This document shows, in pieces, positions 1 to 10,997 of a DNA stretch of 64,000 bases. Each line of letters opens with the position of its first letter. Position 1 is the first letter of the stretch. The notes beneath the pieces were generated by a model. It had not been told where the DNA came from. It made no database searches and saw only the letters and a program-made list of their open reading frames with translations. The DNA comes from an uncultured Clostridia bacterium (GTDB lineage: Bacteria > Bacillota > Clostridia > Christensenellales > UBA1242), in NCBI GenBank assembly GCA_947629745.1, contig CANREZ010000002.1, positions 67,140-131,139 on the forward strand, given 5' to 3'. The position numbers were made by a program, and so were the translations under genes.

Positions 1-78
1 TTAGTTCCTAACTTCCATCTTACTAATTAGAATAAAATTTTTAGTTTCTTATTTTTATGTTCAATATCCAACCGATTA

Positions 79-223
79 AAGGCGCCCCGTAGTAGGGGGA
101 GCTGGCGGAAACTTCCGCCTGAGGGGATTGAGCAAGCTTTTATCTCTCTTTCTACCAACTCCTTGCTCTCTTAATAATTAAACAAATATACTTTATTATT
201 ACCTCAGGAGAGTGGCGCACCAC
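79..223. repeat. REP-like GC-rich multi-hairpin element, copy 1 (modules at 79-133 and ~192-223)
   Basis: aaggcgccccgtagtagggggagctggcggaaacttccgcctgaggggattgagc closely matches 2217-2273; ttattacctcaggagagtggcgcaccaca matches ~2376-2403. Confidence 0.75.
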
Positions 224-226
224 AAA

Positions 227-256
227 AAATGGCTTAACTATTTAGTTAAGCCATTT
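227..256. terminator. Intrinsic terminator hairpin
   Basis: aaatggcttaacta-tt-tagttaagccattt inverted repeat downstream of the 371..757 (-) gene. Confidence 0.7.
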
Positions 257-370
257 AAATTTTATATATCATTATATTATCTTGATATACATTATTGTTA
301 TATTATTGGATAAATCGTTATTACATCAATCAAAATATAATATCAATCAATTTACATTATTATATCCACA

Positions 371-757
371 TTATCTTTGTATATTAGACTCGGTCCAGAT
401 GACTTTCCTTGTAGCCTTGTCTTTCTGGACTAAGGTATTGAGCAAGTCATAGACTTTGTATGGATTCTTTACACGGACGGCACGAAGTTTGCTAGTTGTA
501 TTGTCATTGACATAGATATCTATATTACCCACGCCAAAAAGTTTGTTGACAAGAGATTCATACACGGACACGTCATCCACTTTGTATAGGTGGAATTCAT
601 CAATCTTGGTGTAGAGCAGACCGGTCTCTACTATGAACTTGATCCATTCTCCCTCTTTCTCCACAAGGGAATATTGAGTGAAGGAAATTGGCAGTCCCCA
701 ATAACGCTTACGGTCATGCCATAATACTTTTACATCTTTTCCAAAAGTTCTTTTCAT
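371..757 (-). CDS. Bacterial PH-domain (bPH_2/YdbS-like) protein
   Basis: WHDRKR..GLPISFT.Y, ETGLL, LYKVDDV..ESLVNKLFGVGNI pattern. Confidence 0.75.
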   Translation of the reverse strand: MKRTFGKDVKVLWHDRKRYWGLPISFTQYSLVEKEGEWIKFIVETGLLYTKIDEFHLYKVDDVSVYESLVNKLFGVGNIDIYVNDNTTSKLRAVRVKNPYKVYDLLNTLVQKDKATRKVIWTESNIQR

Positions 758-903
758 ATTATCACCTTGATATATTCTAACACATTTATTTTAATTTTCC
801 AATGATTTGTTGCTATTATCCTAAACTTATGTTAATATTATTATAACAAATATTTTGTGATTACACACGGCAAAAAGTCGTGTTTTGATATGGAGTACCG
901 AAG

Positions 904-2172
904 ATGTTTAGTACGGCAATTCTTATTGTCAATATAACCATAGTTGCGATATTCCTATTACTATATCTTTATCAGGGCGTCTACATGGTGGTGGGCATTT
1001 TTGGGAAAAGTAAAGTTATCCCAAAGTCGGACAAACTCGGTAGATTTGCTTGTGTCATCCCCGCAAGGAATGAGCAAAATGTCATTGATAAATTGATAGA
1101 TAGTATAGGCAAGCAGACTTATCCAAAGGAATATTTGGATATCATCGTGATTGCGGATAATTGCACTGACGACACGGCAAAGGTGGCGGAAAATTTAGGT
1201 GCAAAAGTGTACACGCGCACTGATTGTGAGCATATAGGCAAAGGTTATGCGCTAAATTATCTATTTGACACTCTTAAAAAAGATGGCATGGATACTTATG
1301 ACGGATATTTTGTATTTGATGCAGACAATCTAATCGAACCTGAGTATATCTCGCGAGTCAATGATGTGTATCAGGCAGGGTATGAAGTGGTCACGAGCTA
1401 TAGAAATAGCAAAAATTTCGGTGACAACTGGTTATCCATGAGTTATGGGATATATTTCCTAAGGGAAGCCGTGCTAGTCAATGCACCTAGGATGAAACTG
1501 GGTGTGAGTGCAGCAATTTCCGGTACGGGTTTCCTAATCAGTGCTAAGACTATAAAAGATATGGGAGGGTGGAATTGTGTCACACTCACCGAGGATCTAG
1601 AATTTAACACTGATTACGTGTTATCTGGTGGCAAAATTGGCTACGCTAATGATGCTGTAATATACGACGAGCAGCCAACGAAATTCCTGCAGTCATGGAA
1701 ACAGCGTTTGCGTTGGTCAAAAGGTTTTGGCCAAGTGATGAATAAGAATGGCTTAAAACTAGGCTCGAAAGTATTAAAGAGATTCACATTCTCTGCATTC
1801 GACACACTGATGTGCATAGCACCTGCAATGTTTGTGGTGGGACTAACGATATCTTTTGACGTTATATCCCTTATAGTAGGTCTTGCCATTCGTGACTTCC
1901 ACGCCGCTGCAATGGTGGGGATAATGTTTGGTTGTGCACTAGGATTTTACCTACTATTATTCTTTATTATAGGATTAATACTAGTGATAAAGGAATGGGA
2001 CAAGCTTCGCGCACCGTGGTACAAAAAGATATTTGCCATACTATCTTATCCAGTATTCATGTTGACGTTCGTGCCAGTATCCATAGTGTCTACGTTCTGC
2101 AAAGTAAAATGGACGCCTATTGAGCACACTGCGCAAGTTTCCATCGACGACCTAAATGATGAAAGTAAGTAG
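904..2172 (+). CDS. Membrane GT2 family glycosyltransferase (processive-type motifs)
   Basis: IPARNE, ADNCTD, GKGYAL, FDAD, TED and QRLRW motifs; N- and C-terminal TM helices. Confidence 0.9.
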   Translation: MFSTAILIVNITIVAIFLLLYLYQGVYMVVGIFGKSKVIPKSDKLGRFACVIPARNEQNVIDKLIDSIGKQTYPKEYLDIIVIADNCTDDTAKVAENLGAKVYTRTDCEHIGKGYALNYLFDTLKKDGMDTYDGYFVFDADNLIEPEYISRVNDVYQAGYEVVTSYRNSKNFGDNWLSMSYGIYFLREAVLVNAPRMKLGVSAAISGTGFLISAKTIKDMGGWNCVTLTEDLEFNTDYVLSGGKIGYANDAVIYDEQPTKFLQSWKQRLRWSKGFGQVMNKNGLKLGSKVLKRFTFSAFDTLMCIAPAMFVVGLTISFDVISLIVGLAIRDFHAAAMVGIMFGCALGFYLLLFFIIGLILVIKEWDKLRAPWYKKIFAILSYPVFMLTFVPVSIVSTFCKVKWTPIEHTAQVSIDDLNDESK

Positions 2173-2216
2173 TAACTCGCAACTGTCCTTATTGATCAAA
2201 ATGATATTATAGTAAT

Positions 2217-2438
2217 AAGGCTCCCTTTTAGTAAGGGGAGCTGGCACCGTTTAGGTGACTGAGGGGATTGAGCCGGGACATGAGCCTACTTAAGTTCGCG
2301 CTCATTAACCCACTAAAAAATAAGGTAAGTATTAACATAAATGCTCAAGTTATAGTATTAATACAAGAAAATTTATTATAACCAAGGAAAGTGGCGTGCC
2401 ACATTGAGCCGGTATACGAGCCTACTTAGGTTCGCGCT
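2217..2438. repeat. REP-like element copy 2 plus a 36-bp direct repeat pair (2267-2302, 2403-2438)
   Basis: attgagccgggacatgagcctacttaagttcgcgct vs attgagccggtatacgagcctacttaggttcgcgct, 32/36 identical; lies between convergent genes. Confidence 0.75.
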
Positions 2439-2477
2439 TGCCATCCTACTACTTATTAAAAGTTTAATAACTAAAAT

Positions 2478-2508
2478 AAAAAGTGTCACAATCTTGTGAC
2501 ACTTTTTT
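2478..2508. terminator. Bidirectional intrinsic terminator
   Basis: aaaaagtgtcaca-atct-tgtgacactttttt between the convergent GT2 and GT4 genes. Confidence 0.8.
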
Positions 2509-2676
2509 AGTAGTGTTTTCCTATAAATATTGTTTTCCTATTTTATTTACCTAATAATTATATTATCTAATAATTATATTTATTTATATTCATTTATTTT
2601 ATTATCTTTTATGTGATGGTTATTTGTAATGATTGGGAGCCGAAAATTGCCCTCATAATCATTATACATATCACAT

Positions 2677-3870
2677 TTAGCCTTTGTCTGTGCCGGTTTT
2701 GAATTGGTCGAGGCCGTCGCAAGCGAGGTTTTTGCCACGGACTTTGTATTCGGATACTGCGTCTTTGAACATCTGCTCCATCTCATCTAGGCAGTGCTCT
2801 ATCTCAAATTGCTTTGCATACTCGAGATATTCGCTTGAGACCTTTGCCTTTTCCTTGGAATGCTCTATCCAATAATCAATCTTCTTGGATAAGTCCATTG
2901 CATTGCCTGCCTCAAACAAATTATTTGGGTGGAGGGCAAAATGCTTCGTAGCGGACTTTGGAGAATTGGATATCACTGGCACTAAGCCGCACGATATAGC
3001 CTCAAGGCAGGATATAGCCTCGATCTCCACATCAGCAGGATGTACATAGAGGTCGGCATAATTTAGTGTCTTGCTAAGGTCGTCCTTATTCATAAAAGTC
3101 ATGATCGGAGGATTTGGCAAGTTCGCTCCGAGTTTGGTTATCTTGTTCTTTAGAGGTCCGCATCCTGGAAGTATCAATTGGATCTTGTCACGATACTTGC
3201 TATATGATACCGCCTCTATTAGTAAGTCATGGCGTTTTTCCCTACTATAGCGGCCTACAAACATGATGATAAATTTGTCTTGCAGGTCCTTTGGTCTAGA
3301 GGATTCGAATTTGTGGAAAGTCGGCACAACGCCGTTGGATATCACATACTTCCTTGCCTTGTACTTGTGCTCATCTAGTTGCCTTGCGATAAACTCCGTA
3401 GGGCAGTGCACGAAATTCGTGTGATTGTATATCTTATGATCAAAATATCTATACATCATGTTGTTGGCAAGTTTGCTCTTCTGTAAGAAAAAGTGTGCAG
3501 TGACATTCTCTGGTTGCACATGGAATGCACTAGTGACAGGCACTCCCAGCTCGTCTGCTACTTGTATAGCATATTTGCCGGTCTTGAATGGCATCATGAT
3601 ATGCACGACATCTGCTCCATTGATTGCACGGCGCAGGGTTACTAAGTCCTTCTTTGCCAATTTCACGCCATTGCTTGCCACATAATTGTTGAATGGTCCA
3701 AATGATCTAGTAGGCACGGTGTAATACATCGGGTCATCAGTATTTTTCATCGTGGAAACCATACGGACCGTATGGCCACGTTTTTTTAGTCCTTCTATCA
3801 GTCTAGTAGCGGTGATGGTGGTGCCGTTGTTTTGTTCACCATACACATCACAAATTAAAGTAATTATCAT
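2677..3870 (-). CDS. GT4 family glycosyltransferase (diacylglycerol glucosyltransferase-like)
   Basis: N-terminal D-x5-NG, ISNGV, FVGRYSREK, E-x7-EA (EIEAISCLEA). Confidence 0.85.
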   Translation of the reverse strand: MIITLICDVYGEQNNGTTITATRLIEGLKKRGHTVRMVSTMKNTDDPMYYTVPTRSFGPFNNYVASNGVKLAKKDLVTLRRAINGADVVHIMMPFKTGKYAIQVADELGVPVTSAFHVQPENVTAHFFLQKSKLANNMMYRYFDHKIYNHTNFVHCPTEFIARQLDEHKYKARKYVISNGVVPTFHKFESSRPKDLQDKFIIMFVGRYSREKRHDLLIEAVSYSKYRDKIQLILPGCGPLKNKITKLGANLPNPPIMTFMNKDDLSKTLNYADLYVHPADVEIEAISCLEAISCGLVPVISNSPKSATKHFALHPNNLFEAGNAMDLSKKIDYWIEHSKEKAKVSSEYLEYAKQFEIEHCLDEMEQMFKDAVSEYKVRGKNLACDGLDQFKTGTDKG

Positions 3871-4064
3871 TTTAATCTCCTCGGGTGATCAGTATAATTG
3901 TAGCACATGGGGACACTTCTGCCAAAGACATTTTGAGCACATTATTAAAATTTTTGACAAAAATTAATATTTCAACTAGTTCTAGTGGCAAAATATCATA
4001 AATTTCCCGTTTTCACTTGGAAAAAAGTGGCCATATATGTATACTATTTCTAGCGGAGATAGGT

Positions 4065-5639
4065 ATGATACAAGTAAATAATGTACGTTTGCAGTTTGGC
4101 AGTCGTGTGCTGTTTGACGAAGTGAATTTGAAGTTTACCAAGGGGAATTGCTATGGCATCATTGGAGCCAATGGTGCGGGCAAGTCCACTTTTTTGAAGC
4201 TCCTAACCGGGGAACTGGAGCCAAACAAAGGTGAGGTCATAGTAGACAAGAATGAGCGCATCAGCGTGCTACAGCAGAACCAAAACGCCTTCGATAATCT
4301 AACTGTGCTTGATTGCGTGCTAGCTGGTCACAAAAGGCTAGTGGAGATAATGAAGGAAAAAGACGCGCTCTACAGCAAACCTGACTTTGACGAAAAGGAT
4401 GGCATCAAGGCTGGAGAACTAGAAGCCGAGTTTGCCGAACTTGGTGGGTGGGAAGCCGATAGTGAGGCTGCGAACTTGCTAAATTCCCTAGGAATTGAAC
4501 CTAGTGAGCATTACAAATTAATGTCCGAACTGGATGCGAAGAAAAAGGTGAAGGTCTTGCTCGCGCAGAGTCTATTTGGCAATCCAGATATACTGATACT
4601 TGATGAGCCTACCAATAACCTCGATGTGAAGACGGTAAGGTGGCTAGAGGATTACTTGCTAGATTTCCAGAACACCGTGATCATCGTGTCGCACAATAGA
4701 CACTTCCTAAACAAAGTCTGCACGCATATATGCGATGTGGATTATGGCAAGATAAATATTTATGTGGGCAACTACGACTTCTGGTACGAGACAAGCCAAT
4801 TAATCCTTCGTCAACAAAAGGAGCAGAATAAGAAAGCCGAGGCACGTGCCAAGGAATTGCAAGAATTCATCCAACGCTTTAGCGCGAATGCTAGCAAGTC
4901 CCGTCAGGCTACTAGTAGGAAAAAGGAATTAGAAAAGCTCACCATCAACGACATCAAGCCATCGCTTAGGAAATATCCGTACATTGACTTCAAATATGAT
5001 CGTGAGATAGGCAACGATGTGTTGCTAGTGGAGAATTTGACAAAGAAGGGATATTTCGAGAATATATCATTTAGAGTAAACAAGGGTGATAAGATTGGTT
5101 TTGTCTCCTCTAATTCAAATGTTATCACCAAGTTATTTGATATACTCGCTGGTGAAGATACAGCAGATTCTGGCAATATCAAGTGGGGATTGACAATAAC
5201 TACCGGGTATTTGCCACAAAATAACAATAAGTACTTCGAGGGATGCGATCTAAATCTCGTGCAGTGGCTAGGACAATATAGCAAGGAACAGGAGGAGACA
5301 TTCCTGCGCAGTTGGCTAGGGCGAATGCTCTTTGCAAAAGAGGAAGCACTAAAATCCGCCAAGGTCCTATCCGGTGGAGAGAAGGTGCGTTGTATGCTAG
5401 CGCGCATGATGCTACTAGGTGGCAACGTGCTGATACTAGATGAGCCAACCAATCACCTCGACCTTGAGAGTATCACGGCGCTAAACAAGGGTATGATAAA
5501 CTTCCGCGGATGTATGCTATTTACCTCTGGTGACTACGAAGTGATGAATACTGTAGCAAATAGGATAATCGAAATAGAGGGTGGACATAAGACAGTGGAC
5601 AAGCTCGAGACATTCGACGAATATATTGAGTCAAAATAA
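4065..5639 (+). CDS. ABC-F family ATPase (YkpA/YbiT-like)
   Basis: GANGAGKST, two LILDEPTN Walker B motifs, LSGGE, no TM segments; ATG at 4065 after GGAG. Confidence 0.9.
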   Translation: MIQVNNVRLQFGSRVLFDEVNLKFTKGNCYGIIGANGAGKSTFLKLLTGELEPNKGEVIVDKNERISVLQQNQNAFDNLTVLDCVLAGHKRLVEIMKEKDALYSKPDFDEKDGIKAGELEAEFAELGGWEADSEAANLLNSLGIEPSEHYKLMSELDAKKKVKVLLAQSLFGNPDILILDEPTNNLDVKTVRWLEDYLLDFQNTVIIVSHNRHFLNKVCTHICDVDYGKINIYVGNYDFWYETSQLILRQQKEQNKKAEARAKELQEFIQRFSANASKSRQATSRKKELEKLTINDIKPSLRKYPYIDFKYDREIGNDVLLVENLTKKGYFENISFRVNKGDKIGFVSSNSNVITKLFDILAGEDTADSGNIKWGLTITTGYLPQNNNKYFEGCDLNLVQWLGQYSKEQEETFLRSWLGRMLFAKEEALKSAKVLSGGEKVRCMLARMMLLGGNVLILDEPTNHLDLESITALNKGMINFRGCMLFTSGDYEVMNTVANRIIEIEGGHKTVDKLETFDEYIESK

Positions 5640-5771
5640 GTAGGACTATTATCGTCCTACTTTTTTATATAGACTAAAGTATTTTGGGATGAGGAAACTT
5701 CGCATGGTTAATAATATTTATAGGCCAAAATGTTTGGTAGTAAGTAATTTATTTGATAAAATATAACTAAG

Positions 5772-6479
5772 ATGGAAAAAGGTAAGATAAACAAATTATT
5801 AGGTATAGCGATGTTCGTCGTGGCACTCATCCTGATTGCGGGGATTGTCACTGGCGTTACCTATGCCTATTTTAGAGGTCAGGACGAGAAGAGCGGCAAT
5901 ATTACTCTCTCTGACCCTATCACACTACAAGTGTTAGCGGCAGAAGATGACAAGATGACTGCCGGTGTCACTATCACCGGAGATACGGATAGTAAACTCG
6001 TGCCGGGCGGGCAGATGACTTTGCGCTCAGGAGTTAAGGTAAAACAAGGCAACACCAAGGTACTCCTAAGGGCTTTAGTGATAGTCAACGTGGCAAGTCC
6101 AGCGGGTGCAGATAGCACTGCTCTAAATAATGCAATACTAGAGTCGATATTCTCCACAATGAATGCACAGATGGATAATGCCAAGTGGAGGAGTTATGAG
6201 GGTTATCTATATTATGTTGGGGACAAAGCATCCTCGACCAATATAGGCACAATCGTGCTACCTGAGATTGATTCGAGCGAAAGTGACCAAGATATATATC
6301 TATTCAATAATAGGGTAGTGAGCCTTGGCGGGAATGTCGCGAGCGAGATGAATGACAATTTTCAGAACGCTACTATATCTATTACTATCAAGTATCAGGC
6401 AATACAATCTTATCTATCGGGCAACGAGCAGAATATAGCATATGTCAGTACTATTATGGATAGCGTATTTGCAGCATAG
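5772..6479 (+). CDS. Secreted protein with SipW-type signal peptide (TasA/CalY-like)
   Basis: Hydrophobic stretch ending GVTYAYF; LVPGG; C-terminal FQNATISITIKYQAIQ. Confidence 0.65.
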   Translation: MEKGKINKLLGIAMFVVALILIAGIVTGVTYAYFRGQDEKSGNITLSDPITLQVLAAEDDKMTAGVTITGDTDSKLVPGGQMTLRSGVKVKQGNTKVLLRALVIVNVASPAGADSTALNNAILESIFSTMNAQMDNAKWRSYEGYLYYVGDKASSTNIGTIVLPEIDSSESDQDIYLFNNRVVSLGGNVASEMNDNFQNATISITIKYQAIQSYLSGNEQNIAYVSTIMDSVFAA

Positions 6480-6680
6480 GAATGGAAAACATTGGGAATA
6501 AAAAAAGAGAAAGTCGGTAAATCGACTTTCTTTTTTGTCTTATGAGTTAGAGATAACTATTATTTGGTCATTAGGTGACTATTGTTGACCGGAAGTTAAA
6601 TCATCATTAAGACACTACTAGTATGAGTGAATGATGATATATTATACAAAATTTTTCTTAGCAAAATATGTAAATAGGTT

Positions 6681-7127
6681 TTAGTCATTCTTGGTATCAA
6701 GGACTATGGAGAATGGCCCGTCCAGTGTGCAGTCTATGTGCATATGGTGACCAAAACTGCCACCGACGACGTTTCGCACACCTTCGCTTTTTAGTTCATC
6801 CATCAAGTCGTGATACATAGCATCGGCCAGATCATAATCCATAGCGTGGTTAAAATTTGGTCTAGTGCCACTGCGAATCTCGGCTTGTAGGGAAAAATTG
6901 CTGACTAGCATAATCTCGCCTGATATATCCATCACTGATTCGCGCAATTTGCCGTCTCTTACGAATATCCTAAGGGCGGATATCTTGTGTGCCATATATT
7001 TTACATCATCCATGGTGTCATGGCGGTTGATACCAACGCTCACGAGCAATCCTGCATCAATGTGGCTGATGACTTCTCCGTCTACCGATAAGGTGGCACT
7101 ATGGACTCTTTGAATCAATGCGCGCAT
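6681..7127 (-). CDS. dtd: D-aminoacyl-tRNA deacylase
   Basis: MRALIQRV start, GTRPNF, FG.HM, DGP motif; SQFTL is replaced by SNFSL. Confidence 0.85.
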   Translation of the reverse strand: MRALIQRVHSATLSVDGEVISHIDAGLLVSVGINRHDTMDDVKYMAHKISALRIFVRDGKLRESVMDISGEIMLVSNFSLQAEIRSGTRPNFNHAMDYDLADAMYHDLMDELKSEGVRNVVGGSFGHHMHIDCTLDGPFSIVLDTKND

Positions 7128-7130
7128 AGA

Positions 7131-7661
7131 TTAATCCTTGAATGTGGCGTGATAGAGTTTCTTTGCAGCATTTATTGAGACTATTGCGTCATGTCTGCCA
7201 CCTAGTTTGCCTATATCCACCACTTTGTTTTCCAGTTGTTTGTAGACTGTGAGGAAGTGCATCAATTCATCGAATATATGCTTTGGCAATTCCTTAATAT
7301 CCTTGTAACCATTGTATGACGGGTCGCCAAATGGGATAGCGATGATCTTCTCGTCATGCTTGCCTGAATCGATCATCTCGACCACGCCTATCGGATAGCA
7401 CTCTACAAGGCTATTCATCTGGATTGGCTCGCTGCATAGCACGAATACGTCTAGCGGGTCACCGTCGTCACAATATGTCCTTGGGATGAATCCATAATTC
7501 ATAGGGTAGTGGGTGGCAGAATATAGCACACGGTCGAGCCTGATTAGGCCGGTTGCCTTATCCATTTCGTACTTTATCTTACAACCCTTTTCTATCTCAA
7601 TGAACGCTAGGAAGTCCTCCGCCTTTATCCTATCGTCTTCACATTCTCTCCAAATATTCAT
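7131..7661 (-). CDS. ppa: Family I inorganic pyrophosphatase
   Basis: KYE, DRVL, YPMNYGFIPRT, DGDPLD, DEKII. Confidence 0.95.
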   Translation of the reverse strand: MNIWRECEDDRIKAEDFLAFIEIEKGCKIKYEMDKATGLIRLDRVLYSATHYPMNYGFIPRTYCDDGDPLDVFVLCSEPIQMNSLVECYPIGVVEMIDSGKHDEKIIAIPFGDPSYNGYKDIKELPKHIFDELMHFLTVYKQLENKVVDIGKLGGRHDAIVSINAAKKLYHATFKD

Positions 7662-7962
7662 AAATTCTCCTAATTTCCAATATTTTACATAAATAATGCG
7701 TGCATTTCGCATAATAGAAGTATTGCAAAATGTCTTTTATCATTATATACTATTATTGCCACATTGTCCAAGTTTTGGATGATAATAGGCGCTAAAATAT
7801 TTTCCTTATTCAGAAATTTTTGAGCCCAACATATTTATTTCAAATTAAAGTATGGAGAGGTTATCAAAAATTATGCAAGTTGAATAAAAATATATAGAAA
7901 ATATTTGGAACAAACGAAAAAATAAAGTACAATACAAGTAGTAAAAAATTGTGAGGTTAAAT

Positions 7963-10662
7963 ATGACTGATACTATCTTGACAATTTTAAAATTCGCATT
8001 CATAGGACTATTTGCACTAATCATACTGCTACCTACTCTAGTGGGACTCGTCCGTGGATGGAAGAAGAGTTTATTTAGATTCGCATGGACCGCAGTTATC
8101 ACTGTGGTGCTAATTTTTGTGGCAGGGGCTATCACCAAGATGCTCTTTGACATCAATTTGCCATTCCTGCCAAGCAATGAGGGTTATCCTCAGAGTATCC
8201 ACGGATATATCGACTACACCATAAATAGCAATGAGCAATTAGCAGGACTATGCAGCAGCTCGCCAATATTTACCGAATTCATCGATAATGCACCACTACT
8301 AATTTGCAACGTCATTGTGTTTGAATTGTTATTCTGGGTGCTAAAGTGGTTGCTTTGGCCAGTATATGCTATCATTGCACACTTTGTATGCAAGTACAAG
8401 ACCGATGATGACGACAAACCAAAGAAACATCGCCTAATCGGTGGACTCGTTGGACTGCTCATGGGTGTGTTTGTGGCAGCTACTACATTCATGCCACTAG
8501 TGGGACTAAATGACGTCGTGATGAAGCTAGAAAATACCAAGGTCGATAGCGGTAACTCAGCATTGACCGAGATATTAGGAGAGAATGCTAGTGAGTACAA
8601 GCCACTGATATTATCATTCAACGACAACATGATAACGCCAGTGCTAAGATATACAGGAATTGAATTTGCCGACCGTGCAGTATTCGATTACCTCACTACA
8701 ATCAAAGCCGGCGGTGCTTCAACCAACCTTAGGAAACTAGCTGACCAAGCATCCAAGGTGTATAGTGATGTGAATTTCATCATGAACTTTGATTACGCTA
8801 CCGCGACCAAAGCTACGATGACGGGATATCTCACACACTTAGAGAATATAGTAAATGCTCTCATGGATGACCCACTATGGGGTGGACTAGTCCAAGGAGT
8901 CGCAAGTTATGGAATAGATTACTTCACCGAGACCCCAGACTTTGACGAAATGTTAGCGGGCTACAATCTAACTGATAGGAAAGAGGATGTTGTCGAGCAC
9001 CTAAGCAACATTGGTGACTTAACTGCAACAGAGCTAAAGGGTGAGATACTAAATCTCATTGGCATTGCAAAGACGATGAATAGCACGGAGCTCCTTGCAA
9101 CCATCGTCCGTGGCGAGACCAGTGATATCCACGCATTAACACAATTATATCCAGAGGACTTAGAGAACTTCGCACAGAGCCTATCTACAAGCATCAATAA
9201 CCTAAAAGTTGTGAAAGAAATATTCCCAATCGCTATGGAGATTGGTGTCAATATGATGTGCGATTACTTCAGTATCGAGCAAAATATTACAGTATCCAAC
9301 GACTATGACGATTACAAAGAATCCATCTCTGAGATCATCTCAGCTGCATTAGATATATCCGCACTTATAGATGAATCGAATAATATCGAAATAAATTCTG
9401 ACACATTAGTAACCGTTGGTGCATTGATTGACACTATAAAGGATTCCGAGATTATGTCAGGCACAGACTTTAACGTGTTAGTGGAGTCTGCACTAGAGAA
9501 TGTAGTAGAGGAGATGTTGCCAGACAACGATTTCACACCAATCATCACCGCACTCATTCCTAATATCACTCAAATTACAAGCTTTGAAAGTGATCTAAAG
9601 ATCTTGGGAAAGGCTTTTGACACTATCAGTGCAGAGTATAACCCAGATGAAGATCTATCCCTAAGCCAGATTGGTTCATGGCTGGATCTATTAAAGGGTT
9701 CGGAACTTGTGAAGAAATCACTTGGAACTTTAGCCGATACTATCGCAGATATGTTCATTGATGAGTCAGTTGTCACTGATGAGAATATCCGCAATACTCT
9801 AAAAGATGTGATAAACAATATCCAACAAGTGGAGAACTTCGAAGAAGAATTAACAAATATTGAAAGTATCTATAATCAAATTAAAGGATTAAGTAATCTA
9901 TCCTTTGATTCCATCAAACCATTAGTGGATGATATTGATACACTGATTGATGGTGGATCAAAATTACTCACTCATGAAGTAGTCAACAAATTATTAAAGT
10001 CTGTGGTAAATGGACTTGAGATTGACGCAAAATATGCATCCATCACTGACTTGATTGCAGCAAACGTCGACAATATGACCGCTGGCAAGAAATATGCTGA
10101 TGAAGTAGAATTCATCCAAAATGTGCTTGATGCAATAAATAATGAGAATGGTCTTCAAGTCAAAGATCTATTCAATAAAGAACATGAAAAATCTATCCTA
10201 GACGTAGACGGCAATAGCAAGAGCGTGCTCATTGACAACAAAGTTATCAAGCAAATGATGACTGTAACCATCGATGAAGTAGAGGTTGAGGAGAAGTATC
10301 AAGGAATTGTTGATGTTGTGAAGGATCATCTCGATAACCTCGAGCAACTAGGCGAAATCATGGACGAGGTCCAATATGTGGCAGATAACCTAGATAGTCT
10401 AACAAGTGGAAATATTGAAGATATGGGTGAAACATTAAATGAATTAGTCGAGAATACCACTGATCTATTAGGAACTGAAGGTGTTAAGGATCTTGCTGAC
10501 GCATACTTAGACAGTGCAATTCAAGATGCTATGACCAGCGAGGATACTGAGAAACAAGAAAAATTAGAGCAAGCTAAAGAAGAATTGCAACAAGCATTTG
10601 AGAGTGGTGGAGATATTAACTATCAAGAATTGATTGAAAAATATTTCCCAAAGAACGTTTAA
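7963..10662 (+). CDS. Large membrane protein: CvpA-like N-terminal TM region plus a long acidic helical domain
   Basis: GLVRGWKKSL and RLIGGLVGLLMG CvpA-like motifs; ~700-aa D/E/N-rich helical tail. Confidence 0.6.
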   Translation: MTDTILTILKFAFIGLFALIILLPTLVGLVRGWKKSLFRFAWTAVITVVLIFVAGAITKMLFDINLPFLPSNEGYPQSIHGYIDYTINSNEQLAGLCSSSPIFTEFIDNAPLLICNVIVFELLFWVLKWLLWPVYAIIAHFVCKYKTDDDDKPKKHRLIGGLVGLLMGVFVAATTFMPLVGLNDVVMKLENTKVDSGNSALTEILGENASEYKPLILSFNDNMITPVLRYTGIEFADRAVFDYLTTIKAGGASTNLRKLADQASKVYSDVNFIMNFDYATATKATMTGYLTHLENIVNALMDDPLWGGLVQGVASYGIDYFTETPDFDEMLAGYNLTDRKEDVVEHLSNIGDLTATELKGEILNLIGIAKTMNSTELLATIVRGETSDIHALTQLYPEDLENFAQSLSTSINNLKVVKEIFPIAMEIGVNMMCDYFSIEQNITVSNDYDDYKESISEIISAALDISALIDESNNIEINSDTLVTVGALIDTIKDSEIMSGTDFNVLVESALENVVEEMLPDNDFTPIITALIPNITQITSFESDLKILGKAFDTISAEYNPDEDLSLSQIGSWLDLLKGSELVKKSLGTLADTIADMFIDESVVTDENIRNTLKDVINNIQQVENFEEELTNIESIYNQIKGLSNLSFDSIKPLVDDIDTLIDGGSKLLTHEVVNKLLKSVVNGLEIDAKYASITDLIAANVDNMTAGKKYADEVEFIQNVLDAINNENGLQVKDLFNKEHEKSILDVDGNSKSVLIDNKVIKQMMTVTIDEVEVEEKYQGIVDVVKDHLDNLEQLGEIMDEVQYVADNLDSLTSGNIEDMGETLNELVENTTDLLGTEGVKDLADAYLDSAIQDAMTSEDTEKQEKLEQAKEELQQAFESGGDINYQELIEKYFPKNV

Positions 10663-10997
10663 TATCTCTTAACAATAAAAAAATGGATGGCCAATGTCAT
10701 CCATTTTTTACGGCCTAAGTTAAAAGTGAATATATTTTCTAGCCACATATATGTCTATGCCATATAAGATTTGATAGATATAATAGGGGATAGTACATAA
10801 TGTAGATGAGTGAAGTTAGTGAACTCATATTGAATTGCGATGGAAAGTGAATAATAAGTTTAAGTAAAAATATATCAAAAAAGTATATTTTTCGACAAAT
10901 TACATCAAAAATGTAAAAATTTAGAACATAATTTTAAAATTTTTGAAAAAATTTTAAAAAGTTTTGGCACGGATATTATAGGTATATTGTAAAATAT

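Noticed and set aside
2267-2438. 36-bp direct repeat pair as a CRISPR array
   Set aside because: Only two copies, a 100-bp spacer, and no cas genes in the window
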